Notes: a model not told the origin generated them from the sequence alone. Counted from the first letter of the stretch, positions 22,575-32,625 are shown. The stretch is DNA of 64,000 nucleotides from Clostridia bacterium (GCA_045586685.1 JAZNAU010000039.1:10024-74023); one strand, 5' to 3'. Program-made: numbers and translations.

Positions 22575-23408
22575 ATGAAGGTTACGGGAAAGTATGAAGA
22601 TATGCTGCGGGGGACGCCTGAATTTCCCCTTGGTTTTTACCGTGTGGACAACAGCCATCCCAACTATCATATGCAGCTTCACTGGCATGTGGAATATGAG
22701 ATGATTCACATTTGTACGGGAAGTCTGACCCTGTTTCTGGACGAAGATACGGTACAGTGCAGCGGAGGGGATTGTATTCTGGTGGCAGGAAGTACCTTAC
22801 ATGGTGCAACCCCACGAGGGTGCGTGTATGAATGTGCGGTATTTGATACCCGTTCTTTGTTTTTTGGTACGTGTCAAACCGCCTTAAGCGGTATGAACGG
22901 ATTTTTGAAAATGGAGGCAGGAAGTGAGGAAAACGCCGCCGCCCTTGATTTTTTTTACGCCCTTCAAGACACAGAGAACGGAAAGGAATTTATGATTTTA
23001 AGTGCTCTTTACCGTTGCATCGGGTTGTTACAACAGAACAATCTGTTTGAGCATAGTCCCGTTCAGCACAGTAAGAAAATTCAGCATTTAAAGAAGGCAT
23101 TACAATTGATAGAAACGGACTATTCTTCTACCATTACCCTGCCCCAGCTTGCTCGGGTTTGCGGAATGTCGCCCAAATATTTCTGCCGTTTTTTTAAAGA
23201 AATGACCCACAAGACCCCCATTGATTATCTGAACAATTACCGAGTAAAAATTGCTTGTGAAATGTTAAGGAAGAATCAGGAATCCATTACCGAAATTGCG
23301 TTAAATTGCGGGTTTAACGATCTGAGCTATTTTATTAAGACCTTTAAACGATATAAGGGGCTGTCCCCCAAAAGCTATCAAAAACAAATGCAGAACAACG
23401 AGGCATAA
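22575..23408 (+). CDS. AraC family transcriptional regulator (cupin + HTH)
   Basis: LHWHVEYEM cupin; ITEIALNCGFNDLSYFIKTFK; divergent from fucI. Confidence 0.92.
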   Translation: MKVTGKYEDMLRGTPEFPLGFYRVDNSHPNYHMQLHWHVEYEMIHICTGSLTLFLDEDTVQCSGGDCILVAGSTLHGATPRGCVYECAVFDTRSLFFGTCQTALSGMNGFLKMEAGSEENAAALDFFYALQDTENGKEFMILSALYRCIGLLQQNNLFEHSPVQHSKKIQHLKKALQLIETDYSSTITLPQLARVCGMSPKYFCRFFKEMTHKTPIDYLNNYRVKIACEMLRKNQESITEIALNCGFNDLSYFIKTFKRYKGLSPKSYQKQMQNNEA

Positions 23409-23419
23409 GGAGGATTTTT

Positions 23420-24373
23420 ATGAATATTGTGATATTGGATGCGGTTAATTTGGGAGAAGATCTGGATTTATCCTTATTTGATTGTCTTGGAAGGGTAACC
23501 ATCTATCATAATACGGCTCCCAATGAAACGAAGGAACGAATTTGCGATTGTGACGTGGTCATATTAAATAAGATAAAATTAACAAAAGAAAATTTATCCT
23601 CAGCAAACAATCTGAAACTGATTTGCGAAACTGCCACAGGATTTGATAATATTGATGTGGGGTATTGCCGTGAGAAAGGGATAGGAGTTTGTAACGTAAA
23701 GGGGTATTCTACCCATTCGGTAGCACAGTTGACAGGGGCAACGGTGCTGTCTTTAGTTCATCATTTACCTGAATATCATCAGTATGTGACCTCGGGGCAA
23801 TACACAAAAAGGGGAATTCCTAATCGGATTGCCCCTGTCTTTCATGAGCTTTATGGCAAGGTTTGGGGAATCTTAGGCTACGGAGATATCGGCAAGCAGG
23901 TCGGACGGATTGCCCAAAGCTTTGGGTGTCGGGTGATGGTATGTAAACAGATGCCTATAAAAGAAGCAGAATGTGTGTCTTTAAAAACCCTATGTCGGGA
24001 ATCAGACATCCTGACCATACATACGCCCTTGACCCCGAAAACACGAGGAATCATTGGAGAAGAGCAACTGTCAATGATGAAAAAGGATGTGGTTTTAGTC
24101 AATGCCGCCCGAGGGGCGGTATGGGATGAGTTCGCTGTGGCAAAAGCATTAAAAGAGGGAACCATAGGAGCTGTAGGATGTGATGTGTATTCTGTAGAAC
24201 CCATGGCTGAAAATCACCCCTTTCAGGATATTTTAAACCTTCCCAATCTGTGCCTGACTCCTCATATGGCATGGGGTGCCTATGAAGCACGGGTGCGGTG
24301 TATGGAAGAAGTGAAAGAAAATATTCTTGCTTTTTACAGAGGAGAAAAACGGAACAGAGTGGAAGAACAGTAA
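23420..24373 (+). CDS. D-2-hydroxyacid dehydrogenase (glycerate dehydrogenase/HprA-like)
   Basis: TGFDNID, GILGYGDIG, HTPLT, VNAARG, TPHMAW. Confidence 0.9.
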   Translation: MNIVILDAVNLGEDLDLSLFDCLGRVTIYHNTAPNETKERICDCDVVILNKIKLTKENLSSANNLKLICETATGFDNIDVGYCREKGIGVCNVKGYSTHSVAQLTGATVLSLVHHLPEYHQYVTSGQYTKRGIPNRIAPVFHELYGKVWGILGYGDIGKQVGRIAQSFGCRVMVCKQMPIKEAECVSLKTLCRESDILTIHTPLTPKTRGIIGEEQLSMMKKDVVLVNAARGAVWDEFAVAKALKEGTIGAVGCDVYSVEPMAENHPFQDILNLPNLCLTPHMAWGAYEARVRCMEEVKENILAFYRGEKRNRVEEQ

Positions 24374-24459
24374 CAATGGTTTTTAGGAAAGGATTAACAA
24401 ACTTGTTACAATGTAAAATTTATTTTACAAAGCAATTTCAATAGGTTTACAATAACAGG

Positions 24460-24580
24460 TTATTCACAATTTTTATCCGCTTTTCCACGACTTTTTCACA
24501 ATAAAAAGATAGGAATGATCGGTTATTCACAAAGTTATCCACAATATCCACATTTTTAGTTATTCTCTTATTGTGGATAA
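24460..24580. promoter_or_regulatory. DnaA-box cluster outside oriC
   Basis: TTATTCACA 24460, TTTTCCACG 24481, TTTTTCACA 24492, TTATTCACA 24523, TTATCCACA 24535, ATATCCACA 24544, TGTGGATAA 24572. Confidence 0.85.
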
Positions 24581-24640
24581 CAAAATCCTCTTTTTTTCGA
24601 CTTTATAAAAAAAGATTCTGACAAAAATGGAAGATATGTC

Positions 24641-24669
24641 TTGCAATCTATAGGAAAATGCACTATAAT
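24641..24669 (+). promoter_or_regulatory. sigmaA-type promoter of the hisD-like operon
   Basis: TTGCAA-17bp-TATAAT. Confidence 0.6.
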
Positions 24670-24701
24670 AGTAATAAGAACTTGAAAGGACGGAGAAGGA
24701 A

Positions 24702-25991
24702 TTGAATATTTTTACATTAAAGAATATGAGCCCGGAGGACAAGCGTAAAATAATGCGTCGGGCAGAAACGGATATCAGCGAATATATGCAGACCGCACGG
24801 GAAATTTCTCTGGACGTAAAAGAAAACGGAGATAAAGCGGTGCTTTCTTATACCAAAAAGTTTGATAGAGTAGAATTGAAAAACGGTATGAGGGTGACAG
24901 CGGAAGAAATTGAGGCAGGCTACGGACGGCTGGATGAGGAAACAAGAGAAGCCATCCGCTATGCTGCAGGAAATATCAGAACCTTCCACGAGGCACAAAT
25001 GCCGGAAGAACTCTGGTTTACCAATGTAAACGACGGAATTATGGCAGGGGAAAAAGTGACTCCTATTACTGATGTTTGTTTGTATGTGCCGCGGGGAAAG
25101 GGGAGCTTTCCTTCCGTACTGCTGATGCTGGGGATTCCCGCATTGGTGGCAGGAGTACCCAAAATTGTGGTTGTCACTCCTCCCAATGAACAGGGAACCT
25201 TAGATGATGCCATGCTGGCGGCAGCAAAAATTATTGGCATTACTGAAATTTATATGGTGGGCGGAATTCAGGCGGTGGCTTCTGTTGCATATGGTACGGA
25301 AACCATTCCGAAATGCAGTAAGATTATCGGCCCCGGAAACGCTTATGCCACGGCGGCAAAAAGAGTATTAGCAAATGAAATTGACACAGGCCTTCCTGCA
25401 GGGCCCAGCGAATCTATTATTCTGGCAGACGAATTTGCAGATCCTCATAAGGTGGCGCTGGACTGGATGATTGAGGCAGAGCACGGACCCGATTCTGCCG
25501 CATTGCTGGTCACCCATGACCATAGCTTACCAGACAAGGTTTTGCCTATTGTAGAACAGCAGCTGACAAAGATTTCTGAAAAACGGCGTTCCTTTGTGAC
25601 CACCAACTTTTCCACTTATGGAGGCATTATATTAACCGATTCTCTGGAAGAATCCATTGACTTTGTAAACGATTATGCACCCGAGCATATGGAAGTCATG
25701 ACAAAGGACCCCTTTGGCGTTCTTCCCAAAATCAAAAATGCAGGAGAAATTCTGCTTGGGGAGTACACGCCCATTACCATGTGTAATTTCGTTATGGGAC
25801 CCAATGCTATTTTGCCCACAGGGGGATTTGCAAAAACCTGTTCTTCTGTATCGGTTAACGATTTTCTAAAGAGAAGCTCGGTGGGTTATGTGACTCGTGA
25901 AGGCTTTGAAAAGGCAAGAGAACATGCTTATCGCATGGCTGTGGCAGAAGGATTTGATACCCACGGTCTTGCCGTAAAGGATAGAAAATAA
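24702..25991 (+). CDS. hisD: Histidinol dehydrogenase family protein (divergent HisD paralogue)
   Basis: GPGNAY, PAGPSE, EAEHG, APEH; several active-site substitutions. Confidence 0.85.
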   Translation: MNIFTLKNMSPEDKRKIMRRAETDISEYMQTAREISLDVKENGDKAVLSYTKKFDRVELKNGMRVTAEEIEAGYGRLDEETREAIRYAAGNIRTFHEAQMPEELWFTNVNDGIMAGEKVTPITDVCLYVPRGKGSFPSVLLMLGIPALVAGVPKIVVVTPPNEQGTLDDAMLAAAKIIGITEIYMVGGIQAVASVAYGTETIPKCSKIIGPGNAYATAAKRVLANEIDTGLPAGPSESIILADEFADPHKVALDWMIEAEHGPDSAALLVTHDHSLPDKVLPIVEQQLTKISEKRRSFVTTNFSTYGGIILTDSLEESIDFVNDYAPEHMEVMTKDPFGVLPKIKNAGEILLGEYTPITMCNFVMGPNAILPTGGFAKTCSSVSVNDFLKRSSVGYVTREGFEKAREHAYRMAVAEGFDTHGLAVKDRK

Positions 25992-26003
25992 GGAGAGGTT
26001 ATC

Positions 26004-26627
26004 ATGTTAAAAGTAACAAGAACCACCAAAGAATCGAAAATTGAGGTTGTGTTAGACAAAAAAGGGTTGCAACCTGATTATAAAAAGGATCTGGTGACTC
26101 AAAGTGCCATGCTCAGCCATATGTTAGAGCACCTGTCTTACCGTGCCGGTATCGGCATGAAGGTCAGCTGTGAATATGACGGATTTGTATTGTCGCACGT
26201 TTTGTTTGAAGATTTAGGGATTACGGTAGGACGTGCCTTTGCAGAGCTGTTGGAACGGTCTGTGGAGGAAGGCTGTTACGGATTCGGAGATGCAGTAGGA
26301 ATGATTGACGAAGCTTTTGTACAGGCTGGAATCAGCTTTGAATCCCGTTCCCTTTTTGTACTGGATGATTCTCAGATTACTATGCCCTCTGCCTGCGAGG
26401 ATACCACAAGCGAAGATTTAGCTACCTTCTTGGACGGATTTTGTCAAGGAGCGCGCTGTACCCTTCACGTTGTAATCAAACGAGGAGTCAATGCACATCA
26501 TATCTGGGAAGCGGTGTACCGGGCGTTAGGCACCTGTCTGGAGCATGCTTTTACTTCCAACCCGGCAAGAGCGGGAAAAACGTCAGGTGTTGCAGGGAAG
26601 ATTCAATTTACTGTTGAAGAACTGTAA
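26004..26627 (+). CDS. Imidazoleglycerol-phosphate dehydratase-like protein (divergent HisB)
   Basis: RTTKESKI, SHMLEH, HVLFEDLG, NAHHIWEAVYRALG. Confidence 0.75.
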   Translation: MLKVTRTTKESKIEVVLDKKGLQPDYKKDLVTQSAMLSHMLEHLSYRAGIGMKVSCEYDGFVLSHVLFEDLGITVGRAFAELLERSVEEGCYGFGDAVGMIDEAFVQAGISFESRSLFVLDDSQITMPSACEDTTSEDLATFLDGFCQGARCTLHVVIKRGVNAHHIWEAVYRALGTCLEHAFTSNPARAGKTSGVAGKIQFTVEEL

Positions 26628-26689
26628 GGAAGAAGCTGTAGCAAAATCATTTTGTTTTGCTACAGCCCCTTTTCTATAAAGGAGCTTTT

Positions 26690-27628
26690 ATGAAATACGA
26701 TATTATATTATTTGACATGGACGGGGTAATGACAGGCGAGCTGTATTATTGGAAAACGGCGGCTTTGACTGTTTGGGAAACCTTATATCACGAAGACGCC
26801 TCATCCATTGCCTCTCGGACAGAAGACATCTTTCAAACGGTATTTTGTAACAAAGAAATCATACAATATGCTAAGCGTGCGGGAGTGAATACCAACTATG
26901 ATTTGGCTTATGTCACAGCGGCCTTGGGAACGGTTTATCGGAACGAGGAAAAACCCTTCCAAAGGATAAAAGAATTTTTTCAAAAGGAAAACCGATTTGT
27001 GCCTGAGCTGTACCGTCAATGTGCTGAAATAGCGGGAGACGGCTGGGAGCATCAGGGTGTTATCTGGAAGAAATTGCATGATTTGTTTCAAAGCTGGTAT
27101 TTGGGGGACGGCGACAAGAAAGAAGGATTGATTCAGCAAGAAAAACCTTTGTTTTCTCCCCAAACATTAAAAGAATTTTTAACGGCATTAAACCATCGGG
27201 GGGTTCAATGCGGAATTGGAACGGGACGACCCAAGGCAGAAATTATTCCCCATTTAAAACGGTGGGAGCTGTATGAATTGTTTGATGAAAACCGAATTGT
27301 TACGTTGGATGAGGTGGTGAACGCCCAAAAGGAATTAGAACTATCTGTCTCTTTGAGCAAACCCCATTTTTATATGTTCGGAAAAGGTGTTGCGGGTTTA
27401 TCTTGCAACAACCGTGACGTGATTGACAGACGATTTGATCAGGAACTGGTGAAAAAAACTCTGGTGGTGGGTGATGCAGGAGCGGATATTTATGCCGCAA
27501 AAAGTCTGGGTGCGGATTTTGCCGCTGTTCTTACAGGGGTAAACGGAAAAGAGGAACGAGCCTTTTTTGAAAAAGAAAAGGCGGAATATATTTTTGAAAA
27601 TGTATTTGAACTTTTGTCCTTACTATAA
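26690..27628 (+). CDS. HAD superfamily hydrolase
   Basis: FDMDGV motif I, GTGRP motif II, SKPH and VGDAGAD motifs III/IV. Confidence 0.88.
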   Translation: MKYDIILFDMDGVMTGELYYWKTAALTVWETLYHEDASSIASRTEDIFQTVFCNKEIIQYAKRAGVNTNYDLAYVTAALGTVYRNEEKPFQRIKEFFQKENRFVPELYRQCAEIAGDGWEHQGVIWKKLHDLFQSWYLGDGDKKEGLIQQEKPLFSPQTLKEFLTALNHRGVQCGIGTGRPKAEIIPHLKRWELYELFDENRIVTLDEVVNAQKELELSVSLSKPHFYMFGKGVAGLSCNNRDVIDRRFDQELVKKTLVVGDAGADIYAAKSLGADFAAVLTGVNGKEERAFFEKEKAEYIFENVFELLSLL

Positions 27629-27662
27629 CAATCGCAAGGAAAGTAATTTCCTTGCGATTGTT
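27627..27662. terminator. Bidirectional terminator
   Basis: AACAATCGCAAGGAAA-GTAA-TTTCCTTGCGATTGTT between convergent genes. Confidence 0.75.
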
Positions 27663-27665
27663 TAT

Positions 27666-28769
27666 TTACTCCGCAGAGCCATTCATTTTTTTATCGTCCA
27701 ATAAATCGGAAAGGACATATTTTACTGCTGCCACCAGAGGAACACCCAAAATCATGCCTGTTGCTCCGAACAGACCGCCAAACACAGTAACAGAAAGCAA
27801 CACCAACAAAGGACTAACGCCTACAGAACGACCCAAGATTCTGGGTTGCAGGACATTGGAGTCTAACTGTGCTATCACAAACAAAGCAACCAAAATCCAG
27901 ACTGACCGCAAAAGACCTACCGTCAAAAAAGAAACAGATGCTATGACGATGGTTGATACAATAGGACCGAAAAAGGGAATCATGTTTCCAATTGCCGCCA
28001 GTACACCCAATAAAGGAGCATAAGGAACTTGAAATCCTGACAGAATCAGAAAGGTGGCACTGCCCATAATCAATGCATCAATAAACAGAGCGGAGAAATA
28101 GGAATAAAACAGAGTCACCATTTTAGAGCAAAAGAACAGCACCGTCGCGGTGGCTTTTCCGGGATTCTGAATAAAAAACACCCGCTTAAAGAAGGCAAAA
28201 AATGCATCTTTCTCCAAAATAATATAAATAGAAAAAATGATGCTCATAAAAGCGGACAAAAAGGAATTGGCAATTTTGCTGATGATTCCAATATATTGAT
28301 TCAGCGTTGCCAGATTCAACTTCGGTAAAATATTATTTTTTACAAATTGATTGATATTGATATATTCAAATAAGTCGTATTTTTCCATAAAATTTTCCAA
28401 GACAGCATAATATTTTGGAACCTGACCGATAAAATCTTCTATGTTTTTGTATAATATAGGAACAAAATACTTGACAATTAAGGACAGGGCAGAAAAGAGA
28501 ATCAAGTACACCAGCAACGTACTGATTGCCATGGAAAACCGCTTGACTAATTTCCCCTTACACCGACGAATCCACCCATTTAACTTTTTTACCGGACGAT
28601 ACAGAAAAAAGGCGATAATCAGTCCTGCAAAAAAAGGACTCATGGTAGATAGCACCTTTAAAAAGGCAAACCAAATGTATTCAAAATTATTGATAATCTT
28701 ATAGGCAAAAATCAACAGCAAGCCGATAATCAAAAGTTGTCCTTGCCCTGTTAGCTTCCATTTTTTCAT
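27666..28769 (-). CDS. AI-2E family transporter
   Basis: PFFAGLIIAFFLYRPV, NMIPFFGP, QLDSNVLQPRILG, GMILGVP. Confidence 0.9.
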   Translation of the reverse strand: MKKWKLTGQGQLLIIGLLLIFAYKIINNFEYIWFAFLKVLSTMSPFFAGLIIAFFLYRPVKKLNGWIRRCKGKLVKRFSMAISTLLVYLILFSALSLIVKYFVPILYKNIEDFIGQVPKYYAVLENFMEKYDLFEYININQFVKNNILPKLNLATLNQYIGIISKIANSFLSAFMSIIFSIYIILEKDAFFAFFKRVFFIQNPGKATATVLFFCSKMVTLFYSYFSALFIDALIMGSATFLILSGFQVPYAPLLGVLAAIGNMIPFFGPIVSTIVIASVSFLTVGLLRSVWILVALFVIAQLDSNVLQPRILGRSVGVSPLLVLLSVTVFGGLFGATGMILGVPLVAAVKYVLSDLLDDKKMNGSAE

Positions 28770-28942
28770 TGTTTTTTCCTCCCTTATCTATTATAACCAA
28801 CTGATGGAAAACTGTCAAGAAAATACAGGTAGTTTTATAAACTTTTCTTAAAAACCAAAAAAATTTTTTGAAAACTATTGACTTTATTGCAGTAAAGTGA
28901 TAAAATGTTTATATCAATAAAACAGAAAGGTTGGTTCTTATT

Positions 28943-29749
28943 ATGAACAAGAAAATTTTATCTTTAACATTAGCTCTGGTTTTGGTTGTTTTGGCATTGG
29001 CAGGCTGTGGAAACAGCGGAGCAGATCAGGCAGAATCCGATCTGGCTTACATTACTGATAAAGGCACTATGGTAATTGGCTACACTGTTTATGCCCCCAT
29101 GAACTATACCGATGACGATGGTAACTTCACCGGATTTGACACAGAGCTGGCAGAAGCTGTATGCAAAAAGCTGGGTGTTACTCCCGAATTTATTGAAATT
29201 GATTGGGACACCAAAGAAATTGAACTGAACGCAAAAAATCTTGATTGTATCTGGAACGGATTCACCATTACGGAAGAAAGAAAAGAAAACATTTCTTTCT
29301 CCAAGCCTTATATTGAAAACAAACAGGTTGTTGTAATCAGAACAGCAGACGCTGACAAATATACGGATAGTGCTTCCCTGTCTTCTGCAAATTTGGTGGC
29401 AGAAATTTCTTCTGCCGGAGAATCTGCCATTGCAGATGATGCGGACCTTTCCAAAGCAAATTATACTGCTGTTGCAAAACAGACAGACGGTTTGATGGAA
29501 GTAAAGGCAGGCACCGCAGATGCCGTTGTTCTGGATGTAACTCTGGCAAACGCAATGGTTGGAGAAGGCACAAGCTATGAAGATCTGCAGATTGTTTCCG
29601 GTTTGGATCTGGCTGTTGAGTTCTATGGTGTTGGTTTCAGAAAGGGCAGCGATGCTGTTGCGAAAGTGGACGAAGCATTTGATGCTCTGATTGCTGACGG
29701 CACAATGGAAGAACTGGGTGAAAAATACCAGGTTAATATCTGCAAATAA
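28943..29749 (+). CDS. Polar amino acid ABC transporter substrate-binding lipoprotein
   Basis: Lipobox LAGC; GFDTELA, WNGFTITEER, FSKPY. Confidence 0.92.
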   Translation: MNKKILSLTLALVLVVLALAGCGNSGADQAESDLAYITDKGTMVIGYTVYAPMNYTDDDGNFTGFDTELAEAVCKKLGVTPEFIEIDWDTKEIELNAKNLDCIWNGFTITEERKENISFSKPYIENKQVVVIRTADADKYTDSASLSSANLVAEISSAGESAIADDADLSKANYTAVAKQTDGLMEVKAGTADAVVLDVTLANAMVGEGTSYEDLQIVSGLDLAVEFYGVGFRKGSDAVAKVDEAFDALIADGTMEELGEKYQVNICK

Positions 29750-29827
29750 AAAACTGTAATTTGATATACGGGCAAAAACTAAGACCGGAGGGTCTTAGTT
29801 TTTCCTGTGTTTGAAAGGGAAATTGTC

Positions 29828-30484
29828 ATGAATTTGAATCAACTGGGACTGGTAACCGGAAAACTGCTGGAAGGCTTTCAATTTAATATTATCATATTTG
29901 CCATCACCCTTGTTGCATCTTTGCCCTTGGGACTGATTCTTTCCTTTGGCTCCATGAGCAAGATAAAACCCCTTGCCTGGGTGACTAAAATTTTTATCTG
30001 GATTATCAGAGGAACCCCCTTGATGCTTCAGATTATGCTGGTTTTCTTTGGTCCTGGACTGTTGTGGCACGGGGAATCTTTAAACCGTCTTGATGCGGCA
30101 ATCGTGGCTTTTGTGGTGAATTACGCTTGCTATTTTTCCGAAATTTTCAGAGGGGGCATTGAATCCATTCCCAAAGGCCAGTATGAGGCAGGTCAGGTAT
30201 TGGGAATGACCAAAACCCAGATTTTCTTTAAAATCGTACTGTTGCAGGTAATCAAACGAATTGTCCCCCCCACGTTTAACGAAATTATGACGCTGATTAA
30301 AGATACTTCTCTTGCAAGAATTATTTCTGTTGTAGAAATTACCAGAGTGGCAAACAATTTCATTACCTCTCAGGCGTTGATTTGGCCTCTGTTTTATTCC
30401 GGCATTTTTTACCTTGTTTTTTGCGGAGTTTTAACCATTTTGTCCGGATATATTGAAAGAAAGCTGAATTATTACAGGGGGTGA
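29828..30484 (+). CDS. Amino acid ABC transporter permease
   Basis: RGTPLMLQ, SEIFRGGIESIPKGQYEA, LIKDTSL. Confidence 0.93.
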   Translation: MNLNQLGLVTGKLLEGFQFNIIIFAITLVASLPLGLILSFGSMSKIKPLAWVTKIFIWIIRGTPLMLQIMLVFFGPGLLWHGESLNRLDAAIVAFVVNYACYFSEIFRGGIESIPKGQYEAGQVLGMTKTQIFFKIVLLQVIKRIVPPTFNEIMTLIKDTSLARIISVVEITRVANNFITSQALIWPLFYSGIFYLVFCGVLTILSGYIERKLNYYRG

Positions 30485-30489
30485 TAGGA

Positions 30490-31272
30490 ATGAGCATACT
30501 GGAAGTAAAAAACCTGAAAAAACGATTTGATAAAACAGAAGTGTTAAAAGGCATCGATTTCTCTATTGAACAAGGAGATGTGGTTGCCATTTTAGGCTCC
30601 TCCGGAAGCGGAAAAACTACCCTTCTTCGTTGTCTTAACTTTTTGGAAAAGGCAGATGCGGGGAAAATTTTTGTGGATGGAGAAATGGTATTTGACGGTG
30701 AAGAAAAAAAGAATTACTCTGCTGCTCAAATCAGAAAAAACCAGTTAAATTTCGGTCTTGTGTTTCAGCAGTTTAATCTATTTCCACAGTACAGTGCATT
30801 AAAAAATGTAATGCTTGCCCCCCTGCTATTGGCAAAGGAACGCCCTGATTACAAACAGAACAAAAAGCTGATAGAAGGGGAGATTCGGCGAAATGCTAAA
30901 GCGTTGTTAGACAGAGTGGGGCTTGCAGATAAGCACGACAATTATCCTTGCGAGCTGTCCGGCGGACAGCAACAGCGGGTTTCCATCGCCCGTGCTTTGG
31001 CACTGGAGCCCAAGGTGCTGTTTTTTGATGAACCTACCTCTGCGCTGGACCCTGAGCTGACAGGAGAAATTTTAAAGGTCATTAAGGATTTGGCGGCAAA
31101 GGACCATACCATGGTTATTGTGACTCATGAAATTGAATTTGCCCGCCATGTGGCAGACAGAATTATCTTTATGGATGACGGCGTTATTGCAGATGACGGT
31201 ACGCCGGAAGAAGTCATAGACAATCCAAAAAATGAAAGAACTGCCGCATTTTTAAGTAAATTTTATGACTAA
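30490..31272 (+). CDS. Amino acid ABC transporter ATP-binding protein
   Basis: GSSGSGKTT, LSGGQQQR, FDEPTSALDPE. Confidence 0.94.
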   Translation: MSILEVKNLKKRFDKTEVLKGIDFSIEQGDVVAILGSSGSGKTTLLRCLNFLEKADAGKIFVDGEMVFDGEEKKNYSAAQIRKNQLNFGLVFQQFNLFPQYSALKNVMLAPLLLAKERPDYKQNKKLIEGEIRRNAKALLDRVGLADKHDNYPCELSGGQQQRVSIARALALEPKVLFFDEPTSALDPELTGEILKVIKDLAAKDHTMVIVTHEIEFARHVADRIIFMDDGVIADDGTPEEVIDNPKNERTAAFLSKFYD

Positions 31273-31326
31273 TAAAAAAGGCTGTAGAAAGCAACTCTTT
31301 TCTACAGCCTTTTCTTCTGCTATTGA

Positions 31327-32517
31327 TTAGTCGGTTAAGTTATCAAAATAACCTTGAACCAGAACAACAGGTGTTCCCTTATCGCCGGAGCCGCTGGTCA
31401 AATCGCAGAGAGAACCGATTAAGTCCGTCAAACGGCGGGGAGTGGTGCCTTGGGAAGCCATATTCCCCACCAAATCATCATCCTTTTTCCGAATGGCGGT
31501 TTCAATGGCTTTTTTCAGTTCTTCACCCTTTAAATCGGCAAAATCATTGTCTGCCAGATATTTCAGCTTCAGCTCGTTGGGCGTTCCCTCCAGTCCTGCA
31601 GTAAATGCGGGGGAAACAATGGGGTCCGCTAATTCCCAAATTTTACCTACGGGATCTTTAAATGCACCGTCACCGTACACCATCACTTCCATGTGTTTTC
31701 CGGTACGGGCAAGCAACTGTGCCTGAATTTCATCTACCAAGTCAAAACAATCCTGAGGGAACAGTTTGACCGTATCTTCTGTGGATTTATTAGAACCAAG
31801 CAGACCGTATTTTTCATTAAAACCGCTGCCGTTAATAGATTCATTTAAAATTTCATCCAAACCAAAGACACGCTTTGCACCGGCAGCCTTTAAAATACGC
31901 TTGGTGCGTGCACGGGTATGAATATCACAGTTTAATACACTATCGGTATATTGTAAAATGGCACGAGGGTCATTTGCCAGAACAATTTCTGCCTCTGCAC
32001 CGCAGGAACGAATCAAATCACCGTAATAGGAGACATAATCCACACCGGTAAAGGGATGAGGATTTTCGCCGAACAGCTCACGGTATTTTGCTTCGCTCAA
32101 TACATCTGTATAAGGATTCACGCCGGCTTCGTCGAGTTGATCCAAAGAAACCAGGGCGTTACCCACTTCATCGCTGGGGTAATTCAGCATCAGTACAATC
32201 TTTTTTGCCCCTTTAGCAATCCCTCTGAGACAAATAGCAAAACGATTTCGGCTCAGAATAGGGAAAATGACACCCACTGTTTCGCCACCCAGCTTTTGCT
32301 TTACATCTGTTGCAATAGCATCCACAGATGCATAATTTCCTTGTGCACGGGCAACCACGGATTCTGTAATCGCAACCACATCACGGTCACGCAGAGCAAA
32401 CTGTTCCGCTTCTGATGCTTCAATGACACTGTTTACAACAATATTTGCAATACCGTCTCCTTCACGGATAATCGGACAACGAATTCCTCTGGAAACGGTT
32501 CCTGTTCTTCTTTCCAT
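31327..32517 (-). CDS. Coenzyme F420-0:L-glutamate ligase (CofE/DUF129)-like protein
   Basis: CPIIREGD, VAITESVVARAQGN, DLTSGSGDKGTPVVLVQGY. Confidence 0.75.
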   Translation of the reverse strand: MERRTGTVSRGIRCPIIREGDGIANIVVNSVIEASEAEQFALRDRDVVAITESVVARAQGNYASVDAIATDVKQKLGGETVGVIFPILSRNRFAICLRGIAKGAKKIVLMLNYPSDEVGNALVSLDQLDEAGVNPYTDVLSEAKYRELFGENPHPFTGVDYVSYYGDLIRSCGAEAEIVLANDPRAILQYTDSVLNCDIHTRARTKRILKAAGAKRVFGLDEILNESINGSGFNEKYGLLGSNKSTEDTVKLFPQDCFDLVDEIQAQLLARTGKHMEVMVYGDGAFKDPVGKIWELADPIVSPAFTAGLEGTPNELKLKYLADNDFADLKGEELKKAIETAIRKKDDDLVGNMASQGTTPRRLTDLIGSLCDLTSGSGDKGTPVVLVQGYFDNLTD

Positions 32518-32625
32518 AAAAAATCTCCTTCCGGTTCTTGACTTTTCTTACATCTCCTATTATAATATAATTACAGCCATTAGTAAAGCAGATAAAACTT
32601 ACAACAGTGATAAGGAGTTCTTATA

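Noticed and set aside
24460-24580. Second independent replication origin
   Set aside because: No DnaA-trio repeats or unwinding element follow the boxes; the dnaA-dnaN spacer has the complete architecture.
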